The notes beneath the pieces are model-generated. The model made no database searches. It saw only the letters and a list, made by a program, of their open reading frames with translations, and was not told the origin of the DNA. 64,000 bases of DNA from Eledone cirrhosa (Eukaryota), in the NCBI GenBank assembly GCA_964016885.1, contig OZ024742.1:36580001-36644000 (forward strand), given 5' to 3'. Position numbers and translations under genes: made by a program. Below, piece by piece: positions 41,801-56,196 of the stretch (the first letter of the stretch is position 1; each line of letters starts with the position of its first letter).

Positions 41801-44800
41801 GTCACAATACCTGGTTGTCCGGCTAGCTACATGTCTATATAGTCACAATACCTGGTTGTCCGGCTAGCTACGTGTCTATATAGTCACAATACCTGGTTGT
41901 CCGGCTAGCTACATGTCTATATAGTCACAATACCTGGTTGTCCGGCTAGCTACGTGTCTATATAGTCACAATACTTGGTTGTCCGGCTAGCTACATGTCT
42001 ATATAGTCACAATACCTGGTTGTCCGGCTAGCTACATGTCTATGTAGTCACAATACCCGGTTGTCCGGCTAGCTACATGTCTATATAGTCACAATACTTG
42101 GTTGTCCGGCTAGCTACATGTCTATATAGTCACAATACTTGGTTGTCCGGCTAGCTACATGTCTATATAGTCACAATACCTGGTTGTCCGGCTACCTACA
42201 TGTCTATACAGTCACAATACCTGGTTGTCCGGCTAGCTACATGTCTATATAGTCACAATACTTGGTTGTCCGGCTAGCTACATGTCTATATAGTCACAAT
42301 ACCTGGTTGTCCGGCTAGCTACATGTCTATATAGTCACAATACCTGGTTGTCCGGCTAGCTACATGTCTATATAGTCACAATACCTGGTTGTTCGGCTAG
42401 CTACATGTCTATATATTCACAATACCTGGTTGTCCGGCTAGCTACTTATCTATATAGTCACAATACCCGGTTGTCCGGCTACTACATGTCTATATAGTCA
42501 CAATACCCGGTTGTCCGGCTAGCTACATGTCAATATAGTCACAAAACCCGGTTGTCCGGCTAGCTACATGTCTATATAGTCACAATACCTGGTTGTCCAG
42601 CTAGCTACATGTCTATATAGTCACAATACCTGGTTGTCCGGCTAGCTACATGTCTATATAGTCACAATACCTGGTTGTCCGGCTAGCTACATGTCTATAT
42701 AGTCACAATACCTGGTTGTCCGGCTAGCTACATGTCTATATAGTCACAATACCTGGTTGTCCGGCTAGCTACATGTCTATATAGTCACAATACCTGGTTG
42801 TCCGGCTAGCTACATGTCTATATAGTCACAATACCTGGTTGTCCGGCTAGCTACATGTCTATATAGTCACAATACCCGGTTGTCCGGCTACTATATGTCT
42901 ATATAGTCACAATACCCGGTTGTCCGGCTAGCTACATGTCCATATAGTCACAAAACCCGGTTGTCCGGCTAGCTACATGTCTATATAGTCACAATACCTG
43001 GTTGTCCGGCTAGCTACATGTCTATATAGTCACAATACCTGGTTGTCCGGCTAGCTACATGTCTATATAGTCACAATACCTGGTTGTCCGGCTAGCTACA
43101 TGTCTATATAGTCACAATACCTGGTTGTCCGGCTAGCTACATGTCTATATAGTCACAATACCTGGTTGTCCGGCTAGCTACGTGTCTATATAGTCACAAT
43201 ACCTGGTTGTCCGGCTAGCTACATGTCTATATAGTCACAATACCTGGTTGTCCGGCTAGCTACGTGTCTATATAGTCACAATACTTGGTTGTCCGGCTAG
43301 CTACATGTCTATATAGTCACAATACCTGGTTGTCCGGCTAGCTACATGTCTATGTAGTCACAATACCCGGTTGTCCGGCTAGCTACATGTCTATATAGTC
43401 ACAATACTTGGTTGTCCGGCTAGCTACATGTCTATATAGTCACAATACTTGGTTGTCCGGCTAGCTACATGTCTATATAGTCACAATACCTGGTTGTCCG
43501 GCTACCTACATGTCTATATAGTCACAATACCTGGTTGTCCGGCTAGCTACATGTCTATATAGTCACAATACTTGGTTGTCCGGCTAGCTACATGTCTATA
43601 TAGTCACAATACCTGGTTGTCCGGCTAGCTACATGTCTATATAGTCACAATACCTGGTTGTCCGGCTAGCTACATGTCTATATAGTCACAATACCTGGTT
43701 GTTCGGCTAGCTACATGTCTATATATTCACAATACCTGGTTGTCCGGCTAGCTACTTGTCTATATAGTCACAATACCCGGTTGTCCGGCTACTACATGTC
43801 TATATAGTCACAATACCCGGTTGTCCGGCTAGCTACATGTCCATATAGTCACAAAACCCGGTTGTCCGGCTAGCTACATGTCTATATAGTCACAATACCT
43901 GGTTGTCCAGCTAGCTACATGTCTATATAGTCACAATACCTGGTTGTCCGGCTAGCTACATGTCTATATAGTCACAATACCTGGTTGTCCGGCTAGCTAC
44001 ATGTCTATATAGTCACAATACCTGGTTGTCCGGCTAGCTACATGTCTATATAGTCACAATACCTGGTTGTCGGGCTAGCTACATGTCTATATAGTCACAA
44101 TACCCGGTTGTCCGGCTACTACATGTCTATATAGTCACAATACCCGGTTGTCCGGCTAGCTACATGTCCATATAGTCACAAAACCCGGTTGTCCGGCTAG
44201 CTACATGTCTATATAGTCACAATACCTGGTTGTCCGGCTAGCTACATGTCTATATAGTCACAATACCTGGTTATCCGGCTAGCTACATGTCTATATAGTC
44301 ACAATATCCGGTTGTCCGGCTAGCTACATGTCTATATAGTCACAATACCCGGTTGTCCGGCTAGCTACATGTCTATATAGTCACAATACCCGGTTGTCCG
44401 GCTAGCTACATGTCTATATAGTCACAATACCCGGTTATCCGGCTAGCTACATGTCTATATAGCCATAATACCTGGTTGTCCGGATAGCTACATGTCTATA
44501 TAGTCACAATACCCGGTTGTCCGGCTAGCTACATGTCTATATAGCCATAATACCTGGTTGTCCGGATAGCTACATGTCTATATAGTCACAATACCCGGTT
44601 GTCCGGCTACTACATGTCTATATTGTCACAATACCTGGTTGTCCGGCTAGCTACATGTCTATATAGTCACAATACCCGGTTGTCCGGCTAGCTACGTGTC
44701 TATATAGTCACAATACCCGGTTGTCCGGCTAGCTACGTGTCTATATAGTAACAATACCCGGTTGTCCGGCTAGCTACATGTCTATATAGTCACAATACCT

Positions 44801-47800
44801 GGTTGTCCGGCTAGCTACATGTCTATATAGTCACAATACCTGGTAGTCCGGCTAGCTACATGTCTATATAGTCACAATACCCGGTTGTCCGGCTAGCTAC
44901 ATGTCTATATAGTCACAATACCTGGTTGTCCGGCTAGCTACGTGTCTATATAGTCACAATACTTGGTTGTCCGGCTAGCTACATGTCTATATAGTCACAA
45001 TACCTGGTTGTCCGGCTAGCTACATGTATATGTAGTCACAATACCCGGTTGTCCGGCTAGCTACATGTCTATATAGTCACAATACTTGGTTGTCCGGCTA
45101 GCTACATGTCTATATAGTCACAATACTTGGTTGTCCGGCTAGCTACATGTCTATATAGTCACAATACCTGGTTGTCCGGCTAGCTACATGTCTATATAGT
45201 CACAATACCTGGTTGTCCGGCTAGCTACATGTCTATATAGTCACAATACTTGGTTGTCCGGCTAGCTACATGACTATATAGTCACAATACCTGGTTGTCC
45301 GGCTAGCTACATGTCTATATAGTCACAATACCTGGTTGTCCGGCTAGCTACATGTCTATATAGTCACAATACCTGGTTGTTCGGCTAGCTACATGTCTAT
45401 ATATTCACAATACCTGGTTGTCCGGCTAGCTACTTGTCTATATAGTCACAATACCCGGTTGTCCGGCTACTACATGTCTATATAGTCACAATACCCGGTT
45501 GTCCGGCTAGCTACATGTCCATATAGTCACAAAACCCGGTTGTCCGGCTAGCTACATGTCTATATAGTCACAATACCTGGTTGTCCAGCTAGCTACATGT
45601 CTATATAGTCACAATACCTGGTTGTCCGGCTAGCTACATGTCTATATAGTCACAATACCTGGTTGTCCGGCTAGCTACATGTCTATATAGTCACAATACC
45701 AGGTTGTCCGGCTAGCTACATGTCTATATAATCACAATACCTGGTTGTCGGGCTAGCTACATGTCTATATAGTCACAATACCCGGTTGTCCGGCTACTAC
45801 ATGTCTATATAGTCACAATACCCGGTTGTCCGGCTAGCTACATGTCCATATAGTCACAAAACCCGGTTGTCCGGCTAGCTACATGTCTATATAGTCACAA
45901 TACCTGGTTGTCCGGCTAGCTACATGTCTATATAGTCACAATACCTGGTTATCCGGCTAGCTACATGTCTATATAGTCACAATATCCGGTTGTCCGGCTA
46001 GCTACATGTCTATATAGTCACAATACCCGGTTGTCCGGCTAGCTACATGTCTATATAGTCACAATACCCGGTTGTCCGGCTAGCTACATGTCTATATAGT
46101 CACAATACCCGGTTATCCGGCTAGCTACATGTCTATATAGCCATAATACCTGGTTGTCCGGATAGCTACATGTCTATATAGTCACAATACCCGGTTGTCC
46201 GGCTAGCTACATGTCTATATAGCCATAATACCTGGTTGTCCGGATAGCTACATGTCTATATAGTCACAATACCCGGTTGTCCGGCTACTACATGTCTATA
46301 TAGTCACAATACCCGGCTGTCCGGCTAGCTACATGTCTATATAGTCACAATACCCGGTTGTCCGGCTAGCTACGTGTCTATATAGTCACAATACCCGGTT
46401 GTCCGGCTAGCTACGTGTCTATATAGTAACAATACCCGGTTGTCCGGCTAGCTACATGTCTATATAGTCACAATACCTGGTTGTCCGGCTAGCTACGTGT
46501 CTATATAGTCACAATACCCGGTTGTCCGGCTAGCTACGTGTCTATATAGTCACAATACCCGGTTGTCCGGCTAGCTACATGTCTATATAGTCGCAATACC
46601 TGGTTGTCCGGCTAGCTACATGTCTATATAGTCACAATACCTGGTTGTCCGGCTAGCTACATGTCTATATAGTCACAATACCTGGTAGTCCGGCTAGCTA
46701 CATGTCTATATAGTCACAATACCCGGTTGTCCGGCTAGCTACATGTCTATATAGTCACAATACCTGGTTGTCCGGCTAGCTACATGTCTATATAGTCACA
46801 ATACCTGGTTGTCCGGCTAGCTACATGTCTATATAGTCACAATACCCGGTTGTCCGGCTAGCTACATGTCTATATAGTCACAATACTTGGTTGTCCGGCT
46901 AGCTACATGTCTATATAGTCACAATACCTGGTTGTCCGGCTAGCTACATGTCTATATAGTCACAATACCTGGTTGTCCGGCTAGCTACATGTCTATATAG
47001 TCATAATACCTGGTTGTCCGGCTAGCTACATGTCTATATAGTCACAATACCCGTTTGTCCGGCTACTACATGTCTATATAGTCACAATACCTGGTTGTCC
47101 GGCTAGCTACATGTCTATATAGTCACAATACCCGGTTGTCCGGCTAGCTACGTGTCTATATAGTCACAATACCCGGTTGTCCGGCTAGCTACGTGTCTAT
47201 ATGGTAACAGTACCCGGTTGTCCGGCTAGCTACATGTCTATATAGTCACAATACCTGGTTGTCCGGCTAGCTACGTGTCTATATAGTCACAATACCCGGT
47301 TGTCCGGCTAGCTACGTGTCTATATAGTCACAATACCCGGTTGTCCGGCTAGCTACATGTCTATATAGTCACAATACCTGGTTGTCCGGCTAGCTACATG
47401 TCTATATAGTCACAATACCTGGTTGTCCGGCTAGCTACATGTCTATATAGTCACAATACCTGGTAGTCCGGCTAGCTACATGTCTATATAGTCACAATAC
47501 CCGGTTGTCCGGCTAGCTACATGTCTATATAGTCACAATACCTGGTTGTCCGGCTAGCTACGTGTCTATATAGTCACAATACTTGGTTGTCCGGCTAGCT
47601 ACATGTCTATATAGTCACAATACCTGGTTGTCCGGCTAGCTACATGTATATGTAGTCACAATACCCGGTTGTCCGGCTAGCTACATGTCTATATAGTCAC
47701 AATACTTGGTTGTCCGGCTAGCTACATGTCTATATAGTCACAATACTTGGTTGTCCGGCTAGCTACATGTCTATATAGTCACAATACCTGGTTGTCCGGC

Positions 47801-49574
47801 TAGCTACATGTCTATATAGTCACAATACCTGGTTGTCCGGCTAGCTACATGTCTATATAGTCACAATACTTGGTTGTCCGGCTAGCTACATGTCTATATA
47901 GTCACAATACCTGGTTGTCCGGCTAGCTACATGTCTATATAGTCACAATACCTGGTTGTCCGGCTAGCTACATGTCTATATAGTCACAATACCTGGTTGT
48001 CCGTCTAGCTACATGTCTATATAGTCACAATACCTGGTTGTCCGGCTAGCTACATGTCTATATAGTCACAATACCCGCTTGTCCGGCTACTACATGTCTA
48101 TATAGTCACAATACCGGTTGTCCGGCTAGATACATGTCCATATAGTCACAAAACCCGGTTGTCCGGCTAGCTACATGTCTATATAGTCACAATACCTGGT
48201 TGTCCAGCTAGCTACATGTCTATATAGTCACAATACCTGGTTGTCCGGCTAGCTACATGTCTATATAGTCACAATACCTGGTTGTCCGACTAGCTACATG
48301 TCTATATAGTCACAATACCTGGTTGTCCGGCTAGCTACATGTCTATATAGTCACAATACCTGGTTGTCCGGCTAGCTACATGTCTATATAGTCACAATAC
48401 CCGGTTGTCCGGCTACTATATGTCTATATAGTCACAATACCCGGTTGTCCGGCTAGCTACATGTCCATATAGTCACAAAACCCGGTTGTCCGGCTAGCTA
48501 CATGTCTATATAGTCACAATACCCGGTTGTCCGGCTAGCTACATGTCTATATAGTCACAATACCCGGTTGTCCGGCTAGCTACATGTCTATATAGCCATA
48601 ATACCTGGTTGTCCGGATAGCTACATGTCTATATAGTCACAATACCCGGTTGTCCTGCTAGCTACGTGTCTATATAGTCACAATACCCGGTTGTCCGGCT
48701 AGCTACATGTCTATATAGTCACAATACCTGGTTGTCCGGCTAGCTACATGTCTATATAGTCACAATACCCGGTTGTCCGGCTAGCTACATGTCTATATAG
48801 TCACAATACCCGGTTGTCCGGCTAGCTACATGTCTATATAGTCACAATACCCGGTTGTCCGGCTAGCTACATGTCTATATAGTCACAATACCCGGTTATC
48901 CGGCTAGCTACATGTCTATATAGTCATAATACCTGGTTGTCCGGCTAGCTACATGTCTATATAGTCACAATACCCGTTTGTCCGGCTACTACATGTCTAT
49001 ATAGTCACAATACCCGGTTGTCCGGCTAGCTACATGTCTATATAGTCACAATACCCGGTTGTCCGGCTAGCTACGTGTCTATATAGTCACAATACCCGGT
49101 TGTCCGGCTAGCTACGTGTCTATATAGTAACAATACCCGGTTGTCCGGCTAGCTACATGTCTATATAGTCACAATACCTGGTTGTCCGGCTAGCTACGTG
49201 TCTATATAGTCACAATACCCGGTTGTCCGGCTAGCTACGTGTCTATATAGTCACAATACCCGGTTGTCCGGCTAGCTACATGTCTATATAGTCACAATAC
49301 CTGGTTGTCCGGCTAGCTACATGTCTATATAGTCACAATACCTGGTTGTCCGGCTAGCTACATGTCTATATAGTCACAATACCTGGTAGTCCGGCTAGCT
49401 ACATGTCTATATAGTCACAATACCCGGTTGTCCGGCTAGCTACATGTCTATATAGTCACAATACCTGGTTGTCCGGCTAGCTACATGTCTATATAGTCAC
49501 AATACCTGGTTGTCCGGCTAGCTACATGTCTATATAGTCACAATACCCGGTTGTCCGGCTAGCTACATGTCTAT
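29869..49574. repeat. 41-bp satellite array, about 480 monomers, consensus CTAGCTACATGTCTATATAGTCACAATACCTGGTTGTCCGG
   Basis: Uninterrupted 19.7-kb tandem array; period measured from CTATATAG at 29881 and 29922; 40-bp variants lack one G (CTACTAC). Confidence 0.99.
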
Positions 49575-49678
49575 TTCCCAGTTCTATGTTACTTTCACTT
49601 TCAATTAAACAATTTTTTTTTGTCTCTTTTCAATCCTCCTTTCTTTCAATCAATTTCTCTATTTTCGTTACTAAACAC

Positions 49679-49734
<56 letters not shown>

Positions 49735-49779
49735 TTATCTGTCTCTCTCTCTCTCTCCCTCTCACTCACTCACTCCCTC

Positions 49780-50145
49780 AGGTAACGTCTTCACGAACCA
49801 AAGATCGTCTTCCTGCTTTCCTTCGGTTGCAACGTTTTTCGAAATATTTACTTCTGCGTTCACAGATTGATTTTTTCTTTAGTTTCAGAAGATCTCGTTA
49901 AGGGTGAATGCAGCGATTCTTTGCTTAACCCTTTAGCATTTACATGATAAAGGCTTTACCTCACATAATTATCTCACATAATATTGAATCTACGAGATTT
50001 TGATATTATTTATTTTGAGAACAATACCTTAACATCAGTATGAATGGCCAATTACAACCGGTTTGAATAGAAAGAGGTGAGAGAATTCTGGCCGGATACG
50101 GCCGGTTTAAATGCTACAGGGTTAAACTTTAATCCGTTATTTTAA
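49780..50145 (+). mobile_element. Inverted copy of the 5666-5840 repeat, split by a MITE
   Basis: Matches the reverse complement of 5670-5838 once 49929-50125 is removed. Confidence 0.7.
49929..50121. mobile_element. TTAA-specific (piggyBac-type) MITE
   Basis: TIRs CCCTTTAGCATTTA / TAAATGCTACAGGG; TTAA at 49925-49928 and 50122-50125; empty site seen in the paralog near 5690. Confidence 0.85.
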
Positions 50146-50172
50146 TAAATATATATATATATATATATTTCA

Positions 50173-50330
<158 letters not shown>

Positions 50331-50497
50331 TATCCTCGCTCTCTTCCTATGTTCTGCTTCTTATCCGTCTTACTTTCTCTAGTTCTAGTTCTCTTGTCTA
50401 TCTTTCAACTGGGATCTCCTTTCTTTAAATTTACCCACACCACACATATCACAGTATATCTCTGCTGCTTCTACTACTACTGCTGCTACTGCTGCTA

Positions 50498-51842
50498 ATG
50501 GTGGTGGTGGTGGTGCTGGTGGTGATGGTGGTGGTGGTGGTGGTAATGGTGGTGGTGGTGGTGGTAGTGGTAGATTTGATTGTGGTGGTGGTGGTGGTGG
50601 TGGTGGTGGTGGTGGTGGTAGTGGTGGTGGTGGTGGTGGTAATGGTGGTGGTGGTGGTGGTGGTGGTGGTAGTGGTGGTGGTGGTGGTGGTAATGGTGGT
50701 GGTGGTGGTGGTGGTGGTGGTAGTGGTGGTGGTGGTGGTGGTAATGGTGGTGGTGGTGGTGGTAGTGGTAGATTTGATTGTGGTGGTGGTGGTGGCAGTG
50801 CTGGTGGTGGTGGTGGTAGTGGTGGTGGTGGTGGTGGTAGTGGTAGATTTGATTGTGGTGGTTGTGGTGGCAGTGCTGGTGGTGGTGGTGGTGGTGGTGG
50901 TGGTGGTGGTAATGGTGGTGGTGGTGGTGGTGGTAGTGATAGATTTGATTGTGGTGGTGGTGGTAGTGGTGGTGGTGATGGTGGTGGTGGTGGTTGTGGT
51001 AGTGGTAGCTTTGATTGTGGTAGTGGTGGTAGTGCTGGTAGTGGTGGTGGTGGTGGTGGTGGTGGTGGTGGTGGTGGTGGTGGTGGTGGTGGTAGCTTTG
51101 ATTGTGTTGGTGGTGGTAGTACTGGTAGTGGTGGTGGTGGTGGTGGTGGTGGTAGTGATGGTGGTGGTGGTGGTGGTGGTAGTGGTAGTGGTAGTAGTGG
51201 TGGTGGTGGTGGTGGTGGTGGTGGTGGTGGTGGTGGTGGTGGTGGTGGTAGTAATGGTGGTGGTGGTGGTAGTGGCGTTAGTGTTGATGGTGGTGGTGGT
51301 GGTAGTGGTGGTGATGGTAGTGGTAGTGGTGGTGGCGTTAGTGTTGATGGTGGTGGTGGTGGTAGCTTTGATTGTGTTGGTGGTGGTAGTGCTGGTAGTG
51401 GTGGTGGTGGTGGTGGTGGTGGTAGTGATGGTGGTGGTGGTGGTGGTGGTAGTGGTAGTGGTAGTAGTGGTGGTGGTGGTGGTGGTGGTGGTGGTGGTGG
51501 TGGTGGTGGTGGTGGTGGTGGTAATGGTGGTGGTGGTGGTAGTGGCGTTAGTGTTGATGGTGGTGGTGGTGGTAGTGGTGGTGGTGGTAGTGGTAGTGGT
51601 GGTGGCGTTAGTGTTGATGGTGGTGGTGGTGGTAGTGGCGTTAGTGTTGATGGTGGTGGTGATGGTGGTAGTGGTAGTAGTGGTGGTGGTGGTGGTAGTG
51701 GCGTTAGTGTTGATGGTGGTGGTGGTGGTGGTGGTGGTGGTGGTGGTGGTGGTAGTGGCGTTAGTGTTGATGGTGGTGGTGGTGGTGGTGGTGGTGGTGG
51801 TGGTGGTGGTAGTGGCGTTAGTGTTGATGGTGGTGGTGGTGA
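50498..51842. repeat. (GGT)n-based compound repeat with recurring GATTTGATTGT and GGCGTTAGTGTTGAT interruptions
   Basis: Directly visible. Confidence 0.9.
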
Positions 51843-52681
51843 TAAAGGAATACCCTTGACTTGTATTGATAAACAACGTAGAATATAAATATATACACAT
51901 GCAGTATGGCACCGCAATCGGGATTTTACCTATCTCTCACTATATATATGTGTATATATAAATATATGTGTATATGTAAATATATATAATATATATTTGT
52001 GTGTATGTATGTATGTATGTATATATACGTGTGTGTGCGTATGTGTACATGTATGCATATACGTATAGTATATATATATATATATGTGTGTGTGTACATG
52101 TATATATGTATGCATATATGTATTGTATTCCCAGGCTGCAATTCAGTACCATGCTACAGGCAGAAATATACTAGCCTGCTTCTTCCTCTTCTCTTCCTTC
52201 TCTCACCACCACCACCCATTTCTCTTCCTCACCCCACCCCCTACCCTCCTTTCACCATCACTTATCTCTCTTCCACACCTTCTCCTCTCACCACCCCTCG
52301 TGTAGCTTCATCACCTTCCTCTCTGGTCATACTAAAGGTTACAAGAACGTTGAAGCTCCAAGTTCAAAGGCATCCAACAACCTTATACGTTTCTTCTGAC
52401 TCAGCTACAATCCTCTACACCTATGCTTGCACCTGTGTATGAGTCTATGTGTATATATAAACATATGTATGCACACACGTGTGTGTGCGTATATATGCAT
52501 GCACGCAGATGAATGCATGACATGTGTTTGTGTGTGTATACATGTATAAGTATATACATATAAGTATATATATATATATATATATATAGTAATAATAATA
52601 AATTTCAAGACTAAAATCCAAAGAGTGCTCGATAAGGATAAATATATATCACATATATAAGAACCGTACAGCAAATATTTA

Positions 52682-52742
<61 letters not shown>

Positions 52743-52771
52743 AACATATGTTTATGTATGGCATGTTTATG

Positions 52772-52855
<84 letters not shown>

Positions 52856-52933
52856 AACAAGTATGACCCCGACGGCAGAGCTCAAGCCGTTTCGACGGCT
52901 AATTCTGATATTTATATTTATATACATATATGA

Positions 52934-52984
<51 letters not shown>

Positions 52985-53289
52985 ATATATATATGTGTGT
53001 GTGTATGCCTTTATGTGGTTTGGGTGCACTTATGCATGAGTGTATACTTGGGTGCTTGCATCAAGTGATACTTGTGTGCAACGGAGTATAGATCATGCAG
53101 CTACGTACATCTCTATTACATATATGTCTCAGGTTTATACAGTTCTGTCTGTATATACCACTGCGTATTTAATTCACTTACACTTGTCGCTGAATGCAAC
53201 ATAACAACCGCCTATGTGTTTGTGCAATTATGTGTATGCAGGATAGAAAATGTGTGTATATTTCTATGCGTTTATATGGTGGTGTGTTT

Positions 53290-53797
53290 ATAGTATCGGT
53301 AGAGCGTCGGACAGAGCTTTGCAGCATAGAGTTATGGCCGTTTATGTTCTGTGTTCAAATCCCGCCGAGATTAGCTTTGCCTTTCATCCTTACGGGGTTG
53401 ATAAAATAAAGTACCAGTAATGCACTGAGGTTGATATAATCGACTTTCCCCTCCCCTTCAAATTGCTGGCCTTGTGCCTAAAGTAGAAACAATTATCATT
53501 ATTATCAGTATGGATTACCGCCGAGGTTAACTTTGCCTTTCGTCCTTACGGGGTCGATAAAATAAAGTACCAGTAATGTACTGGTTAATTGCTGGCTTTG
53601 TGCCAAAAGTAGAAACAATTATTATCAGTATGGATTGGCAGTATCAGTAGAGGGTCGGACTCCATCTCTTTGCAGCATAGAGTTACGCTCTTTCACGGTC
53701 TGATTTCAAATCCCGCCGGGGTCGATAAAATAAAGTACCAGTAATACACGGCGATAATTGCTGGCCTTGTGCCAAAAAGAGAAACAATTATTATCAG
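53290..53797 (+). mobile_element. Cluster of tandem tRNA-derived SINE copies (Meta/MESC-like)
   Basis: Three repeats of 'ggggt(t/c)gataaaataaagtaccagtaat..aattgctggc..tgtgcc..agaaacaattat'. Confidence 0.75.
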
Positions 53798-53831
53798 TAG
53801 TAGTAAAAAGCAAAAGATTTATCCACTCGGC

Positions 53832-53872
53832 GTAGTAGTAGTAGTAATAGTAGTAGTAGTAGTAGTAGTAGT

Positions 53873-53907
<35 letters not shown>

Positions 53908-54077
53908 TAGTAGCAGCAGTAGTAGTAGTAGTAGTACTAGTAGTAGTAGTGGTAGTAGTAGTAGTAGTAGTAGTAGCAGCAGTAGTAGTAGTAGTAGTAC
54001 TAGTAGTAGTAGTGGTAGTAGTAGTAGTAGTAGTAGTAGTAGCAGCAGCAGTAGTAGTAGTAGTAGTAGTAGTAGTA
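53832..54077. repeat. (AGT)n/(AGC)n repeat
   Basis: Directly visible. Confidence 0.9.
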
Positions 54078-54189
54078 CCTCCGTCGTTCACGACAACGAA
54101 TGTTCCAGCTAAATTGATCAACGAAACAGCCAACTCGTGAAATTTTACGTGGAAGTAATTGAAAGTTCCACATACATGTGCATATTTAA

Positions 54190-54400
54190 TGCAATCCTCA
54201 GGGAGATTCAGCTTGACACAGTGTGTGAAAAAGCAGACCCTTTTGAATTACAGGAACAACACATTTTTGCCAGCTAACTGGACTGGAGCAGCGAGAAATG
54301 AAGTGTCCTGCTCAAGGACGCAATGCACTACCGGCAGTCGAACTCGTGACTTTATAATCATCAGCCGAACACTCTAACCACTAATCCACGTGCCTTCACG
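54190..54400 (-). mobile_element. tRNA-derived SINE with CORE-like domain
   Basis: Minus strand 'gaaggcacgtggattagtggttagagtgttcgg..gagttcgact..gcgtccttgagcaggacacttcatttc'; same family as 58288-58420. Confidence 0.65.
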
Positions 54401-54721
54401 CGTTTATATATATATAAGTACAGAGTGTGTACGTCTCTGTGAACATGTGTGTCTGTATGTGTGTATGTAGGCGCGCGTGTGTGGGGGTGCGCGCGCGTGT
54501 GTGTACGTGTGTGTGTGTATGTGTGTGTGTGTGTGTGTGTGTATGTGCGTGTGTGCATGTGTGTAAGTATGTGTATGTGTGTACGTGTGTGTATGTATAT
54601 CTGTTTCACAACTTGGCTCAGCAGGGGAAATACCAGACTTGAACAAGACGAATCCGGGTTAATATGACTAAAACCCTTTAGGCGGTACCCCAGCCGAAGT
54701 CTAAAGGCTGAAACTAGTAAA

Positions 54722-54950
54722 ATAATTGTTTCTACTTTTGGCACAAGGCCAGCAATTAACCAGTGTATTACTGGTATTTTATTTTATCGACTCCGTAAGG
54801 ATGAAAAGCAAAGTTAACCTCGGCGGGGTAAAATAATTCTTTCTACTTTTTGGCACAAGGCCAGCAATTACCCAGTACATTACTGGTACTTTATTTTATA
54901 GACCCCGTAAGGATGAAAGGCAAGTTAACCTCGGCGGGATTTGAACTCAG
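54722..54950 (-). mobile_element. Two tandem SINE core copies, inverted relative to 53290-53797
   Basis: Reverse complement of the 53515-53625 unit, twice. Confidence 0.75.
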
Positions 54951-54994
54951 GTAAAATAATAAAGGAATAAAAGAAAGAGTAAAAGCATTGACGA

Positions 54995-55306
54995 GAAGAA
55001 GAAGAAGAAGAAGAAGAAGAAGAAGAAGAAGAAGAAGAAGAAGAAGAAGAAGAAGAAGAAGAAGAAAGGGGTTAGATGGAGGGGATGGGGGAGGAGGGGG
55101 GAGGAGGAGGAGAAGAAGAAGAAGAAGAAGAAGAAGAAGAAGAAGAAGAAGAAGAAGAAGAAGAAGAAGAAGAAGAAGAAGAAGAAGAAGAAGAAGAAGA
55201 AGAAGAAGAAGGGGGGAGAAGGAGGAGAGGAGGGGGGAGAAGAAGAAGAAGAAGAAGAAGAAGAAGAAGAAGAAGAAGAAGAAGAAGAAGAAGAAGAAGA
55301 AGAAGA
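54995..55306. repeat. (GAA)n microsatellite blocks
   Basis: Directly visible. Confidence 0.95.
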
Positions 55307-55355
55307 ATGGTGCTGGTAGATGGGCGGATAGATAGACAGACAGACAGATAGATAG

Positions 55356-55630
55356 ATATATTTCTTTTATTTGCCACTAGGGCATCAAAAGTGGGACAAG
55401 TACAAAGGGGGGAGTTTACACAAAAAGGCGTCCTCAATAAGGAGAAGGCAATAACAAAATATAAAAATAAAATAAGATATAACAAAAAATAAAATTTTTA
55501 ACAAAATCCTCAATAGAGAGGAGGCGCCTTGGGGGGTCGCACACACCCCCGAAAAAAGTGTGCAACCCTTCTCCTCAGGAGCACAGAGAAGGGGTGCTCC
55601 CTTGGTCTTTCATCTTCCTCACCTATAGAC

Positions 55631-55662
<32 letters not shown>

Positions 55663-55770
55663 TTCTTTATTAGCCACAGGGGCACAAAAGAAGGGGTCAA
55701 ATACAAAGGGGGAAGTTTACATACAATAAAACGTGTAAAATATTACCACAATAGATAGATAGATCGTGAT
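55356..55770 (-). mobile_element. Two adjacent 3' fragments of Tx1-like LINEs (55356-55627, 55661-55770) in (GATA)n
   Basis: First matches 12474-12747; second matches 60534-60623; (GATA)n at all three junctions. Confidence 0.85.
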
Positions 55771-56004
55771 TGTCAACTTCTGGTCATCTCTGCGAACGTG
55801 ACACAGAATTTCTTTACATCAAGAGATGCTTTTGCTCCTACTTCTATTGCTGCATCTGTTGATGATGCTGTTACTGCTGCTGTGTTACTGCTGCTTTTGA
55901 TGCTACTATTATTTCCTATCACCTTCATTTCCTCCTTCTGCCTTCTACGTCATTCACAATACATCAAGGCTCCCTCCCCTCTCTCCTCTCCCCGCCGCTC
56001 TCCG

Positions 56005-56088
<84 letters not shown>

Positions 56089-56196
56089 CGATGTAAACGT
56101 ATATATTTTCTGTATGATTTCATCATCCAGCTTAGAATAGAAACAGAAGAGGTGTGTAAGGCGTAGGAATGGTTTGGTTGTCCGTGTGGTGGTTAA

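Noticed and set aside
29869-49574. Satellite as CRISPR array, coding repeat or tandem ribozyme (newt/schistosome satellite type)
   Set aside because: No spacers, no ORF of 60 aa or more in the track, and no CUGANGA/GAAA core on either strand
50385-51917. 450-510-aa poly-Pro/Thr/Val ORFs (formin-, extensin- or mucin-like)
   Set aside because: Open frames on both strands arise from (GGT)n lacking stops; no flanking domain or clear splice context
53290-53400. tRNA gene candidates at SINE heads (also 24240, 54340-54400, 58288)
   Set aside because: A/B-box-like words only; no complete cloverleaf; followed by repeated SINE bodies
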